From NCBI RefSeq assembly GCF_009914755.1, contig NC_060932.1: DNA of 64,000 nucleotides, one strand, 5' to 3'. This document shows, one piece after another, positions 27,205 to 39,880 of the stretch (the stretch's first letter is position 1; each line of letters opens with the position of its first letter). The translations under genes were made by a program, and so were the position numbers. Origin of the DNA: the human T2T-CHM13v2.0 reference genome, Homo sapiens. The notes under the pieces were generated by a model. It did not search any database, was not told the origin of the DNA, and was given only the letters and a program-made list of their open reading frames with translations.

Positions 27205-27548
27205 GCTAGAGTTCCTCAATTCTCTCAGCTCATTGTACCTATATGGGGAATGTTTTAAAGTACCAACTGGATAGGCTCCATCTCAGACCAATTGAATCTG
27301 AATCTCTTGGGAGGTGCATCCCACATTTTGGTAGTTTTGAAAGTTCTCCAGCTACTTCTAATGTGTAACTAACACTGGCTTATTCCAGCGGTTCTTAAAT
27401 GTGAGCTGTATCAGAATTTCCCAGAGAGCTTGTTAAAACATAAATTTCTGAGTCCCACCTCCAAAGTGTCTAGTGGGTCTGCATTTCTAATGAGTTCCCA
27501 AATGATGCTGATGCTGCTGGACTGGGAACTACACTTTGAGAGTCACTA
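27205..27548. mobile_element. Two adjacent MER5-family (hAT-Charlie) MITEs
   Basis: cagaccaattgaatctgaatctct; cagcggttcttaaa...ctgcatttctaa...gatgctgatgctgctgg...acactttgag. Confidence 0.7.
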
Positions 27549-29109
27549 GCTTATACTTTCATGTAGATTGCATTGTGCTTAGCTTCTCCACTTTGGGAGG
27601 ACAGGGAATGCTATCAGGGCTACTTTATAGAAGGAAACAAAAAGACTTGAAATGAAAATAACAAGATGCTTTAGGCATAGTTTCCAAGTTAATCACTTCC
27701 ATGTTGCTCACAATTGAATAGAGATGCCAGAAATCATAGAATGCCATTCAGCTGAGAGATGGAGGCAACAGGAGAGCCAATACATTGGCAACACACTCTG
27801 CACTAATTGTATATAGAGAATCATGAGAAGAAAAAGCCCAAGGCATGCTAATGAAGAAAGATGATGCCATGTGTCTCCAAATAGCCTGTAACTTCTCCAC
27901 CAATGCAATCATAAACTCAATTCTGGTAATAATGCTATCTTTGAAGAGACTGATTTCTATAAGTGATTTCAAGAATTTCTTTACAGCTGCATACAGTATG
28001 CAACCTATTGGTTTTTAGTAAGTTAACATGCAGTTGGAGTAGCAATTAACTGTGCCATTGCTTTAAACTTTTCCTTAATGCTTAATATTTATGCTTCATC
28101 CTGAGTATTCCAGCACTTTAAAAGGGTAAGTTTCCTGGGCAAAGGCAAAGGGATGCAATGCACTTTTAAATGCAGTGAGGCTGATCTGCTCACTTAAGAG
28201 CTTCAGTACATCATTTTGCAATCACATATCTCAGAATAATTTATACAATCAATTAAAGAGCATTATCAAGGAATGATTTGACAACTGTTGCCATGCCAAC
28301 CAGTGAAGTAGACAGCGCCTTCATGTTTAAAGGCTGCACCTGGTGATGGATGTAGCAGATTTTGAGGACTCAGACAGAATCACAGATGTCCAAAGGTGTG
28401 GAGGGAACATGATTTAAAGCTTTGATGTTGTGCCATTTTTACTGGCAAAAGGGTGTTGATGGCATGTTGTTCACTTTCTCATTAAAATTCTGTCATTTTT
28501 CACAGTGTTCTGCATTCAGAGCTGAAAACTGAAGTGAGAATGCACTTTACAGACTGATAAAATATGATAGCAAAATGGATGATGTTCATTTGCAGGCTGA
28601 ATTAATTTTTTAAAAAAAGTTTGTGTCAGTGAATTTATGAAAAGCCCGTTCATCAGACACAACTTTATCAGCCTTAATGGACATGTTTTAAATATTTTTA
28701 CATTAATAATTAAAATTTTGGGTGACAAATGAATTCCAGTGCATTGAGCTATAAAATATTTGGAATGGGTCACTGTAGAACACAACAGAAGAAGAAAGTA
28801 CACTTTTCAATGTTAATATGTTGCCTGATTTCTTGATGTCAGTGGCACGATGAAGTCAATAAACCTTAAAGACTTTGAAGACGGACTGGTCTTTTTTCAC
28901 TAAGTTATCCCAGAAACCCAGGTGGTCCAAGAGGATTTTCAAGTATAACCCTATATGAGTAAGCAACAGAGATGAGATGAGAGTTTATGGGATTGGCCAG
29001 CCTGTTCTCTTCCCAGTGATAGTTTCTTGCCCTATTCCATCACACCTTTTCTTAAACCAAGTGATCGTATGTTAACATATGTGATCAATGCATTGTTCAC
29101 AATATTTTT

Positions 29110-29370
29110 AATAGCATGATGGGTTATAAATTCAGATTCTAAATCCACTGTGTTTGAATCTCAACTCCTCCTCTTTCTAGTTATGTGATGTCAGGCAAGT
29201 TATCTGATCTCTCTCTGCCTCAATTTCCCCATCTGTGAAATGGGGATAATAGTGTCCACATCTTAAGGTTGTGAACATTATATGAGTTTCTGTACATATT
29301 TATGACAGTGCCCGAAGTGTTTACCCTCATGGTCGTCATCATTATAATGATCATCATCATTATTATTTTA
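29110..29370 (+). mobile_element. MIR
   Basis: ggcaagttatctgatctctctctgcctcaatttccccatctgtgaaatggggataat. Confidence 0.8.
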
Positions 29371-30978
29371 TCTTAGCCTTTCTATAAATAGTTATTGAGG
29401 CATTCCTAATTTTTTTTCTTTCCATTCAAGAACATGAGTTGACATAACCTGGGGAGTAAATTGCGAAGTTCAATCAATGATTTAATGAATGAATTGAAAA
29501 AATTACCTTGAGATTTTATTTTTTTTCATAGAAATAAAATAAAATGAAAGGTAATAGATACATGCACAGAAGGCAAAAAAAACTGATGGAATTATCTAAT
29601 TTTCTATAGCAAACTTTGGTTTATTTCTACTTATTTCTGGAATATGCTACACACCATGCTAGGATAATAGAAGGGAGTCTTTTGTAAGACATAAAATAGC
29701 GCAGAGACTCTTTAAAACAAAATAATCACCTTCTCCAAAAGTTATACTCAAAGGCCATTTTAGCAATTTAAAGATGATCTTTTAGAAGCTTTAATTCAAG
29801 GCTGGATCCTGAAAGGGCACTGTTCTTTATCCTCTACTCTCAGAGGCAGGAGGACACTCCTCCCTGCTTGAAGGAAAGCAGATGAAACCAAAGGATGGAT
29901 GCTCTGCTTTGAGGCTCAGAGAAAAAAGAAATGAAGCCATACAGGTTTGGGCAAAAGGAGAGGGCAAATTGCAAGGGATACCGTAGAGCAGATACTCCCT
30001 CGCAACTTTCCAAGGACTTGTGTAAACTTCCCAGGTGACTCGGGAGAAAAGCAAAGTGTCTTTGATTCATTCTCTGGATTCCTGGTATGTGCTTGATCTT
30101 CTAGCAATAAGATTTATATTTTATAATGGATTATGCTTTCCCATCAACATTAAATGCAAAAAACGGGAAATTTATGTAACCAAGAAACATTAGAAGCTAA
30201 ATGATTATCTTGGCTGATGTGAGATATGATAATGATAAATTTAAGAATAAACACCAGTTATTTGACAAATTCGGTTTTAGTACTCTCAGCCCTTAGAGTC
30301 AAAAACTGGTATCCAAACCAAAAAATAATCTATGTACTGTATGTACAGCAAGAATGATCCAGTTCAGTGTATATGTGATTATACTGCCTGAAGATTTCAC
30401 TTGGCTTATTAGTTTCTGGCTCTTGCTCTTGTTCACCTTATCCACTGATTAGAGAATTATGAAACTCTCTGTATATACATGCTCACAAACACATACACAG
30501 ACATACATACACTGTAAAAAAAAATATGTATGTGATAAAACATATGGAAGTCTCTGCTTTAAGGAGCTTACAATCAAGTTAAAGAATAATAAATATATGA
30601 AAAGCTAGATAAAAATAGAAGACACCAAAAAGAAAATGATCACAAAGCACTTTATACTTTCATTTCAAAATTAGTGGTGTTAAAAAATACATATATTTCT
30701 CTAGAAATTAGAGCTGTTTTCCTCTCTTGGGTTTTCTAATTATTTCATTTCCCTTCTTTCTTCACCTTGATTTTGAGCAATTTCTTTTATTTCCAGTTTT
30801 ATTGAAGGTATCCAAGATTTATTTTCCCCTTGATATAAACAAAAGAAATATCAACATCTGATTATTTATACATGTTCTTCAGTATCTAGGAATAGTATAA
30901 AGTTTCTATGCTTCTGAAAATATTTCTGAGATGAAACTTTTGGAAAGAAAGTTTGCATTCTAGATATTAGTTTCAGGT

Positions 30979-31026
30979 TTTTCTATGATAATCACCAATA
31001 CCTTTTCTATGATAATTGCCAATACC
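30979..31026. repeat. 24-bp tandem duplication with 2 mismatches
   Basis: ttttctatgataatCAccaatacc / ttttctatgataatTGccaatacc. Confidence 0.9.
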
Positions 31027-31265
31027 TTGATCACCAATTTTGCTTTGGAAAAAAAGTTTATTTATTCATTCATTGAGCAAGCATTTACTGAAAGCCTACT
31101 ATGTGACAGACATGCATGCTATAAAGAGATATAAGCCAAGGTTCCTATCCTTGAGGAAATACTGTTTTTAAATGAAAATAAAGGATGATGGTTAACCAGT
31201 TATTAATCCCTAGGGGCCATTGATCAATGCAAAAGTCTTAAAGGTTTAAAAGTTTCCAGAAATCC

Positions 31266-31533
31266 GCCAGGCACAGTTGCTCACGACTGTGATCCAGGTA
31301 CTTTGGGAGGTCAAGGAGGGTGGATCACTTGAGTCCAGGAGTTTGAGACCAGCCTGGCCAAAATGGTGAACCCCATCTCTAGCAAAAATGCAAAAATTAG
31401 CTGGGCATGGTGGCAGGGAATCACTTGAACCCAGGAGGCAGAGGTTGTTGTCAGCTGAGATTGTGCCACTGCACTCCAGCCTGGGTAACAGAATGAGGCT
31501 CTGTCTCAAAATAAATAAATAAAAATGAAATAA
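31266..31533 (+). mobile_element. AluJb-like with ~37-bp internal deletion in the right arm
   Basis: ggtggcagg joins directly to gaatcacttgaacc; 18-bp TSD taaaagttt(cc/tt)agaaatc at 31247 and 31534. Confidence 0.92.
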
Positions 31534-32756
31534 TAAAAGTTTTTAGAAATCTCCCAAATTCCTTGATCTCTCTATTGGTCAAACACTGCATTTTTCTTTG
31601 GGGGTGGGGTGCAATTTTCCTGGCTGTTGTTTGTTTATTGATATTTCCCCAGATATCTTGGGAATAGCTCAAGATTTGCAACTTCCTGTGAACTGGAGGC
31701 AAGGCCCTTTGTGAATGTTTCTGCATTCCTCTCTGCCATCTTTCTGCTTCTTACTGCCTTTCTTTTTGCCCTCTCCTGAAACCATTAAACTCATCTATCA
31801 ACTTCTAAAAAAAAAAAAAAAGAGGCAGGGAAAGGAGTATTAAAGATACATACAGTAAGAGGTGCAGGCTTCTGAAGTCTATAAAGTGAGAAGGATGAGG
31901 GATGTGTTGTTGCAGTGAACTGAATATTTCTGAGATGAATCTTTTAATTTGCATTAATCACCAGTCACTGAGGACATATCCCTGCCTAGAAGACAAGTTA
32001 GAGGGTGTGTGTGGGTAGCTCTTTCCAAACAAACGTGAAAGCTTTAGGCAAAAATATTTCAAAACCAGTGGTTAAAGGAAATGAAATGCACATGGAAAGA
32101 CAGACAGAGATAAAATGTGAACTTACTTCAAAGTTACTTTACGACATACAGATGACTGGACTTAAGAACTGAAACACAGAGTAATTATAAATTTGCTCAT
32201 AAGACAAAAATATGCTGAAGCAGAGCAAAGATTAGCCTTATGTACATGCCCTTCTCTTCCTATCTCTTGGATTTGTCTCCTTCAAACTTCAGTAGGAACA
32301 CTTTGAAAAGAAAGAGTGTTTTTGTTGATTTCATGGTCAACCTATGCAACTTTTGTTTGGCTTTTTGCTTCAGATTTTTGAGGCTACAAGGACAAGAAAG
32401 ATTAATCCCTTCTAAATCCCATAATACTAAATACACTTAGAGGGCACTAGATAATTGTTTTTTATTTTTAAAAAATGGTTCTTAAACATTATGAATAGAA
32501 ATAAAGACATTAAATTTGCATCTTATTTTTAAAATGCATTTTGTATTCTTTATTTTGCTACTGTAAAACTAGAGTTCCTCAGTCATAGGTCCTAAGCCAG
32601 ATTTCTTATTGGTAACAGTAATAACAATTTTATTTAATTTATAAAAGTCTTTCATTTTCAAAACTCTGTCTCCTCAATTCTTTTTTTTTTTTGGTTTCTC
32701 TAACAAGCCCTCTGAGCTTTACAAGTGGAGGAGATGGTGAGGAACAGAGAAAAGAA

Positions 32757-33155
32757 CTAACATATAGTAAGCATTTATTTACCGTGCACCAGGTGCTATA
32801 CCTGGTGCTCTGTATATGTTGCCATATTAAGTAAATCCTTTTACTAAATCTGTGAAGGAACTTTGATCAAGTCACTTACTTTCTCCATGACTCTACTTAG
32901 TTATCTGAAAAATGAGGATAATAATAATATCTAAGTCACAGGATTTTCATGAGGGTTAAGTAAGTTAGTATACATAAAGTTTTTGGAATAATGAGTGAGG
33001 CACTTTAAGCATAAAATAAGTGTTACTATTATTACTACTGCCATTTTATAATGTTTCCATTTTACAGATGAGCAAACTGAGGCTTTTAGGAGTTAAGCAA
33101 CATACATTTACTAACTAGCTGAATAGCAATTTGAATCCATATCTATCTGACTCAC
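32757..33155. mobile_element. MIR (+, ~32860-33040) apparently nested in MIR (-)
   Basis: Sense core tctgaaaaatgaggataataata between antisense pieces; ccattttacagatgagcaaactgaggc at ~33057. Confidence 0.6.
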
Positions 33156-35287
33156 ATATCTGAATATTGCAATTGGACCTCCAGTTCCAAAATGGCAGCA
33201 CAGAAGTATGCTTCAGTCTCCCCGACAGAAATCCAAATACAATTACACAGTGTTGAGATTATTACCAGCAATTCCAAGAACTCAAATATGAAGACAAGAC
33301 AGTTCCATAGACCATGGAGAAGAGAAAAAGACTCTGAGCAGACAGTAAAGGAATCAGACTTCCACATCTGTAACACCCTTCCCCATACTCTGCCCAGCAC
33401 CGGGTTTATGGGAAATTTTTATCTGACTTATGGTTTCTACATTGGAAAAAGTGAGATTAATATGGACAAAAAACTTCCCTGTCATCTTGGATTCCCTAGG
33501 AGGAGACCTGTCCCTGCCTCAATCCACGGGAAGCATCAAGGGTGCCTAAAGGTAGAAATATCCCTGATGATAGCCAGAGACAAAAAGGGACTACCATCCC
33601 CACCCCAAGAAACTACACTCTGTAACTTGGCTAAAGGAGATGCCAAATCAGAGTGGCTATTCAGCAGTATCATGCTATAGGAGGTTTCTTCTACAGGTCC
33701 CCTGGACAGGAAACCCTAATCAGCCTTCTGACTCTACCAGGATATCTCCTTTGCAACCTCCTCCTTTAGATATGGGCAATACACTGACCATTTACTAGAA
33801 CTGGGATAAACTGGGCTTAAGGTACCATCTAGTGCTATAAAGAAGGCAGCACCTACTGGGGAAAAAATATTAAAAAAGAAAATCAGCATGTAAATTTCAA
33901 AGAATCTCTCAGCAAATGTATCTAATGAAAACCAAAACAAACCAGACAGAGAAGACTGGAAAAAATAAATAATCCTTCAATACAAAGACATAGACATACA
34001 TCCACAAGAAGCAACAGAAAATGGGGAAACATGTCCTCCTCAAGTGGACAAAGCAGGGAACCAGTCACTGACCCTAAAATAGATGTTGACATGTGAACTC
34101 TTTGACCAATAATTTAAAATAGCACTTTTAAGGAAATTCAGTGATCGCCAAGATAACACAGAAAATCAATTCAGAAATTTATCAGAGAAATTAAAATAAA
34201 AATTAAAAAAACAGAAATCTTAGAAATGAAAAATAAGTTCACTGAAATGAACAGTTCATTAGAGATTCTCAACAGCAGGATAGGTCAAACGGAGGAAAGA
34301 ATCAATGAGCTTCAGGCAGGCTATTTGAAAATACGTAGTCAGAGGAGAAAAAAAAAGAAAAGAATGAAAATGAACAAAGATCACCTGCAAAATAGAAAAA
34401 AAAATTACCTCAAAAGACCAAATCTAAGAATTGTTGATATTCAAGAGGGAGCTGAACAAGAACAAGAAATAGATGGCTCACTCAAAGAAATAATATCAGA
34501 AAACTTTCCAAAACTTGAGAAAGAGATTAATACACAAGTATGAGAAGGTTGGATAACAACAGACAGAGTCAACCCAAATAAGACTACTTCAAGGCATATA
34601 ATAATATTTTATCAAAGTTCAAAGCCAAAGCCAATGAAAGGATCCTAAAAGCATCAAAACAAAAGAAACAAATAATATATAAGGGAGTTCTAATTCATCT
34701 GGCAACAGACTTCTCAAAACAGACTTCTCAAGGGCAACCACAGAAGCCAGGAAGGATAGCATTTGCAAAGTGCTGGAAGAAAAAAAAAACAACTGCCATC
34801 CAAGAATATAGTACCCAGCAAAGCTACCGTTCAAATACAAAGGAGAGAGAAAGTATTACCCGAGAAAGTATTACCCAAACTACAGCTGAGAGAATTCACT
34901 AACACTAAACACATCTTACAAGAAATGCTAAAGGGAGTTCTTCAATCTGAAAGAAAAAACCACTAATGTGCGAAAAGAAAACATTTGAAGGTATAAAAGC
35001 AACCACTAAAATTAAGTACACAAAATTAAGACAAACCCAGGATACTGTAATACTGAAATTATGGTGTGTAATTCACTCATTACTCTAGTAGGAAACCCAA
35101 AAGACAATTCTATTAAAAACAATAATACCTATGGCAATCTGTTAAGAGAGATGAAATATAAATATACATAAATTGAGACAACATAAAGTTAAAATGTTGT
35201 GACAGGGAAATGAAGTATAGGGATTTTTTTCCTTTTTTCTTTTATTGTGATATAAATAAGTTGTCATCATTTTAAAATAATTCTATA

Positions 35288-37576
35288 TGGAAGTCCTAGA
35301 AAGAGCAATCAGACAGCAGAAAGAAAAAGCATCCTCGTTGGAAAGAAAGAAGTCAAATTATCCTTCTTTGTAGATATGATCTTATATTTGGAAAAACCTA
35401 AAGACTCCACCAAAAAACTATGACAACTGAAAAACAAATTGAGTCAGGTTGCAGAGTAGAAATCAACATACAAAAATAAGTACCATTTCCATATGCCAAT
35501 GGTGAACAATGTAAAAAAGAAATCAAGAAAGTAATCCCAATTTACAATAGCTACAAATAAAATTAAATAATAGGAATTAACTAAACCAAAGAAATGAAAG
35601 ATCTCTACAATGAAAACTATAAAACACTGATGAAAGAAATTGAAGAAGGCACAAAAAAATGGAAAGATATTTCATGTTCATGAACTGGAAGAATCAATAT
35701 TGCTAAAATGTCCATACTACCCAAAGCAAACTACAGATTCAATGCAATCTCTGTCAAAATGTCAATGACATTCTTCACAAAAATAGAAAAAAAAAATTCT
35801 AAAATATATATGGAACCACAAAAGACCCCGAATAGCCAAAGCTATCCTGAGCAAAAAGGGCAAAGCTGCAGGAATCATATTACCTGACTTCAAATTGTAC
35901 TACAGAGCTATCATAACCACATGCCAGCATGGTACTAGCATAAAAACAGACGCTGACCAATGGAACAGAATAGAGAACCCAGAACCAAATCCATACATCT
36001 ACAGTGAATTCATTTTTGACAAAAGTTCCAAGAGTATGCTCTGGGAAAAAGATAGTCTCTTCAACACATGGTGCTGGGAAAACTAGATATTCATATGTAG
36101 AAGAAGAAAACTAGATCCTTGTTTCTCACCACATACAAAAATCAAATCAAAGTGGATTAAAGACTTAAATCTAAGACCTCAAATTATGAAACTACTACAA
36201 AAAACTTTGGGTAAACTCTCTAGAACATTGGATTGAGCAAAGATTTCTTGAGTAATACTCAACAAGCACAGACAACCAAAGTAAAAATGGACAAATGGAA
36301 TCACGTTAAGTTAAAACACTCCTGCACAGCAAAATAAACAATCAATAAAGTGAAGAGACAACCCACAGAATAGGAGAAAATATTTGCAAACTATCGAACT
36401 GACAAGAGATTAATAACCAGATATATAAGAAGCTTAAACAACTCTACAGGAGAAAAAATATAGTAATGAGATTTTTTAAATGGGCAAAAGATCTGAATAG
36501 ATATTTCTCTAAAGAAGACATATAAATGACAAACAAGTATATGAAAAGGTGCTCAACATCATTAATTATTAGAGGAATGCAAATCAAAACTACAATGATA
36601 TATCATCTCATCCCAGTTAAAATGGCTTTTATCCAAAAGACAGGCAGTAACAAATGTTGGCGAGGATGCGGAGAAAAGGGAACCCTTGTACACTGTTAGT
36701 GGGAATGTAAATTTGTAAAACCACTATGCAGAACAGTTTGGAGGTTCTTCAAAACACTGAAAATAGAGATACCATATGATCCAGCAATACCACTGCTAGG
36801 TATATACCCAAAACAAAGGAAAGCGGTATATCTAAGAGATATCTGCATTCCCATGTTTATTGCAGCACTGTTCACAATTGCCAACATTCGAAAGCAACCT
36901 AAGTGTCCATCAACAGATGAATGGATCAAGCTAATTTGGTACATATAGATAATAGAGTACTATTGAGCCATAAAAAGAATGAGATCCTGTCATTTGCAAC
37001 AATATAGATAGAACTAGATGTCTTTTTTTTTTTTGAGATGGAGTCTTACTTTGTCACCCAGGCTGGAATGCAGTGGTACAGTCTCAGCTCACTGCAACCT
37101 CTGCCTCCTGGATTCCAGCAATTTGGAGGTCATGTTGTTACATGAAGTAAGCCAGGCACAGAAAGAAAAACTTCACATGTTCTCACATATTTGTGGTAGC
37201 TAAAAATAAAAACAATTGAACTCATGGAGACAGAGAGTAGAATGATAGTTACCAGAATCTGGAAAGGGTGGTTGGGGTATGAGGGAGAGGTGGGAATGGT
37301 TAGTGGGTACAAAAAAGTAGAAAAAATGAATGAGATCCAGTATTTGATAGCACAGCAGGGTGACTATAGTCAATAATAATTTAATTGTACATTTCAAAAT
37401 AACTAAAAGAGCGTAATTGGATTGCTTGTAACACAAAGGATAAATGCTGGAGGTGATGGATACCCAATTTACCCAGACGGGGTTATTACACATTGTATCC
37501 TTGTATCAAAATATCTCATATACCCCATAAATGTACACACCTACTATATGTCCAAAAAAATTAAAAGTTAAAAAAT
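35288..37576 (+). mobile_element. 5'-truncated L1MA (L1MA2/3-like) inserted into the L1M
   Basis: Begins in RT region (ggaagtcctagaaagagcaatcagac); L1MA 3'UTR tatttgatagcacagcagggtgactatagtcaataataa...tgtatcaaaatatctcatataccccataaat; A-rich tail; ataatt at 35277 and 37577 next to a tttaaaa target. Confidence 0.88.
37023..37123 (-). mobile_element. Heavily 5'-truncated Alu (~100 bp of right arm) within the L1MA
   Basis: T12 then gagatggagtc...ctgcctcctggattccagcaatt; host L1 motif aactggaggtc appears degenerate on both sides (aactagatgtc / atttggaggtc). Confidence 0.88.
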
Positions 37577-38979
37577 ATAATTTGTCATATCTACAAGGTG
37601 TTTTGGGTAGGCTTTATGGTAATCACAATGTAAAGACTTATAATAGATTAACTAAAAATAAAAAGCAACAGATTAAAACATGCTACTAGGGAAAAATCAC
37701 TTAACCACAAAGAAAGACTGTGAGAAAGGGAGAGAGAAGTCGTAAAACAACGAAAAACATCCACCAGAAATAATAGCAAGCAGGAAATCATGAACTTCTC
37801 AAATGGAAAAAGCAAGGAACAAGTGCACAAAAATTATACTAGTAAGTTCTTACTTATTAATAATAACACTGAATGTAAATGACTCAGTTCTCCAGGTAAA
37901 AGGCATAGAGTTGCTGAATGGATAAAGAAACAAGACCCAACTATATGCTATCTACAGAAAATCCACTTTACATATAAAGAAAAACATAGATTGAAAGTGA
38001 AGGGGTGGAAAAAGATATTCCATCCAAGGGAAAACAAAAAAAAAAAAAAGTAGGAATAGCTATACTTCCATAACATAGACTGCGTTATTTCAGCTTCTAA
38101 GATCACTGATGAGAATAATATTTATTCATTTATTTGATTAATAGTTAACAAGTTATTCACTTTGTGCCTATTGCCAAACTGATCACTTTGAGTGATAAAA
38201 AGAGGTATAAAAATATTTCTTTAGGGAACATACCCACAAAGGTAAATAACAATAATAATATATATATGCTAAGCAGCAGTAAAATGATATGAGATGCATG
38301 CCACAGGGCAGGACAAAATTCAGTTCTGAAAGAATAATGGAGACAATATGTTTTGCATTTTGTGTGTAGGAGGCAGCACTCTGGGTGGAGGCATTTGGAG
38401 ACAGTGCAGGGGAAGATATTGGAATTACCCTGACTGTTAAAAATAAATTTTAAGAGTGAACATAATGACCATGGTTACAGGAGATGTAGCCACAATACAA
38501 GCATGTCAATACTACTATAAATTAATATACTGTTTCAGAAATAGAATTCTTATCTAACATATATAACTCAGAAGCATTGATAAAGAAAAAGCAGAGAACA
38601 CTAGAACAAAGTAAATGGCATAAAATATGAATGGTGAGGAAGTATGAATCTCTTGCAGAAAGCAATGCCATGAAATGTGGGTATTGATGGCACATCTCAC
38701 CTCTTGCAGCCACAATAGCCTCCTGGTAGAGGAGTCAGTACAAAGTAATGTGGAAACTGTGAAGAGAGCAAGATAATAATGGGCCTTTTGTAGTAGGGGA
38801 TGCTCATGGCAAGAAATTGATGGGAGGTCATCGGAGGGGGGCTGATGGTTGTGGATGTGAAAGTAGGGCCCACCTTCTCTGCAGCAATTATCTCGAAGTT
38901 TTGTCAAAGAAATATATCTGATTAGGATGCCTGCTTACCAGTTCTATTTTATTAACAGCAATGCAGAATGGAGCCTGTA

Positions 38980-39880
38980 GGATTTAGTGAGACCTACGAA
39001 CAATTTGTTTACTTGGATGTTCCACAGGTCCTTCAAATTCACTGTTTTAAGCAGAATTCGTCATCCTTCCCCCATTTCCATACTTTCTTTTCCTCCACAT
39101 AATTCTAGAACATTCACTTCCTCTCATTTCCCTTGGTCCCTCAGATAGGCAACCAATTCTGTCAATTCTACTTCCTTGGCGATTTTCCTCTCTGTTCCTT
39201 TCTCTCTGTCTTCATGGATACTGCTTTAATTCAGATACTACTTATCTCTACTCAGATTTTTACATATCTATCCTACATAAGTAAACATTTCTCTAGTCTC
39301 ATTTCTCACTGTATCTCCCAATCACTCTGCCATAAAGCCACCAAAATATCTGCCAAAAAGGCAAACATGACTATCATCTCCACTGTCTTTGGAACAAAGT
39401 CTTGAGTCTTTGCCACAGCCCACAATGTCCCTCATTGGGCCTTTTTAGATCCATCTCACCTATGGCACCAGTCATGCCAAAAGCCTGGCCATGCTCCAGT
39501 GGGCCATAAGTTTTCATTTTCATGCCTCTGCTCATGCTCCCTCAGCCTAGACTGACTGGCCCTTTGTATGAAGATTTACTCATTTTCTTTTATTTCAAAA
39601 GATCTATTCATTTTTAACACCCAGCTCTCTCAGCTACTCTGAGCAATCTTTCCTCATTGTTCCTGGAGAGTTGAAAACACCCTATTTCAGTCTCTGCTGT
39701 ACTTCTATTGTTGTGCTTTATCATACTTCTTTATTCATTTATTTTCTTAACTGTTATGCCTTGAACTCCTTGAGGTCAGAATTTTTATCTTTGTTCAAAT
39801 TTGCATTTTGATATTTTGGATAATTCCTAGGCTATTGTAGGTGTTAATAAAAATTGATTGAAACAACTGGATAAATGAAA
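38980..39880 (+). mobile_element. L2 fragment
   Basis: acttggatgttccacaggtccttcaaattca; ttctgtcaattctacttcc; tgaactccttgaggtcaga; degenerate 3' end. Confidence 0.65.

Larger units (their letters stand above)
33176..38070 (+). mobile_element. Older L1M-type element (5'UTR, ORF1, inter-ORF, start of EN), split into 33176-35282 and 37577-38070, 3' part missing
   Basis: 5' ggacctccagttccaaaatggcagc; ORF1 remnants LKRPNLRIV, EIISENFPKL, LQEMLKGVL; the inter-ORF resumes at 37577 and runs into EN-like ataacactgaatgtaaatg...gaatggataaagaaacaagaccc. Confidence 0.85.

Noticed and set aside
33192-33680. 162-aa ORF starting at the L1M 5' end
   Set aside because: Lies in a diverged L1 5'UTR and has no recognisable domain; most likely chance.
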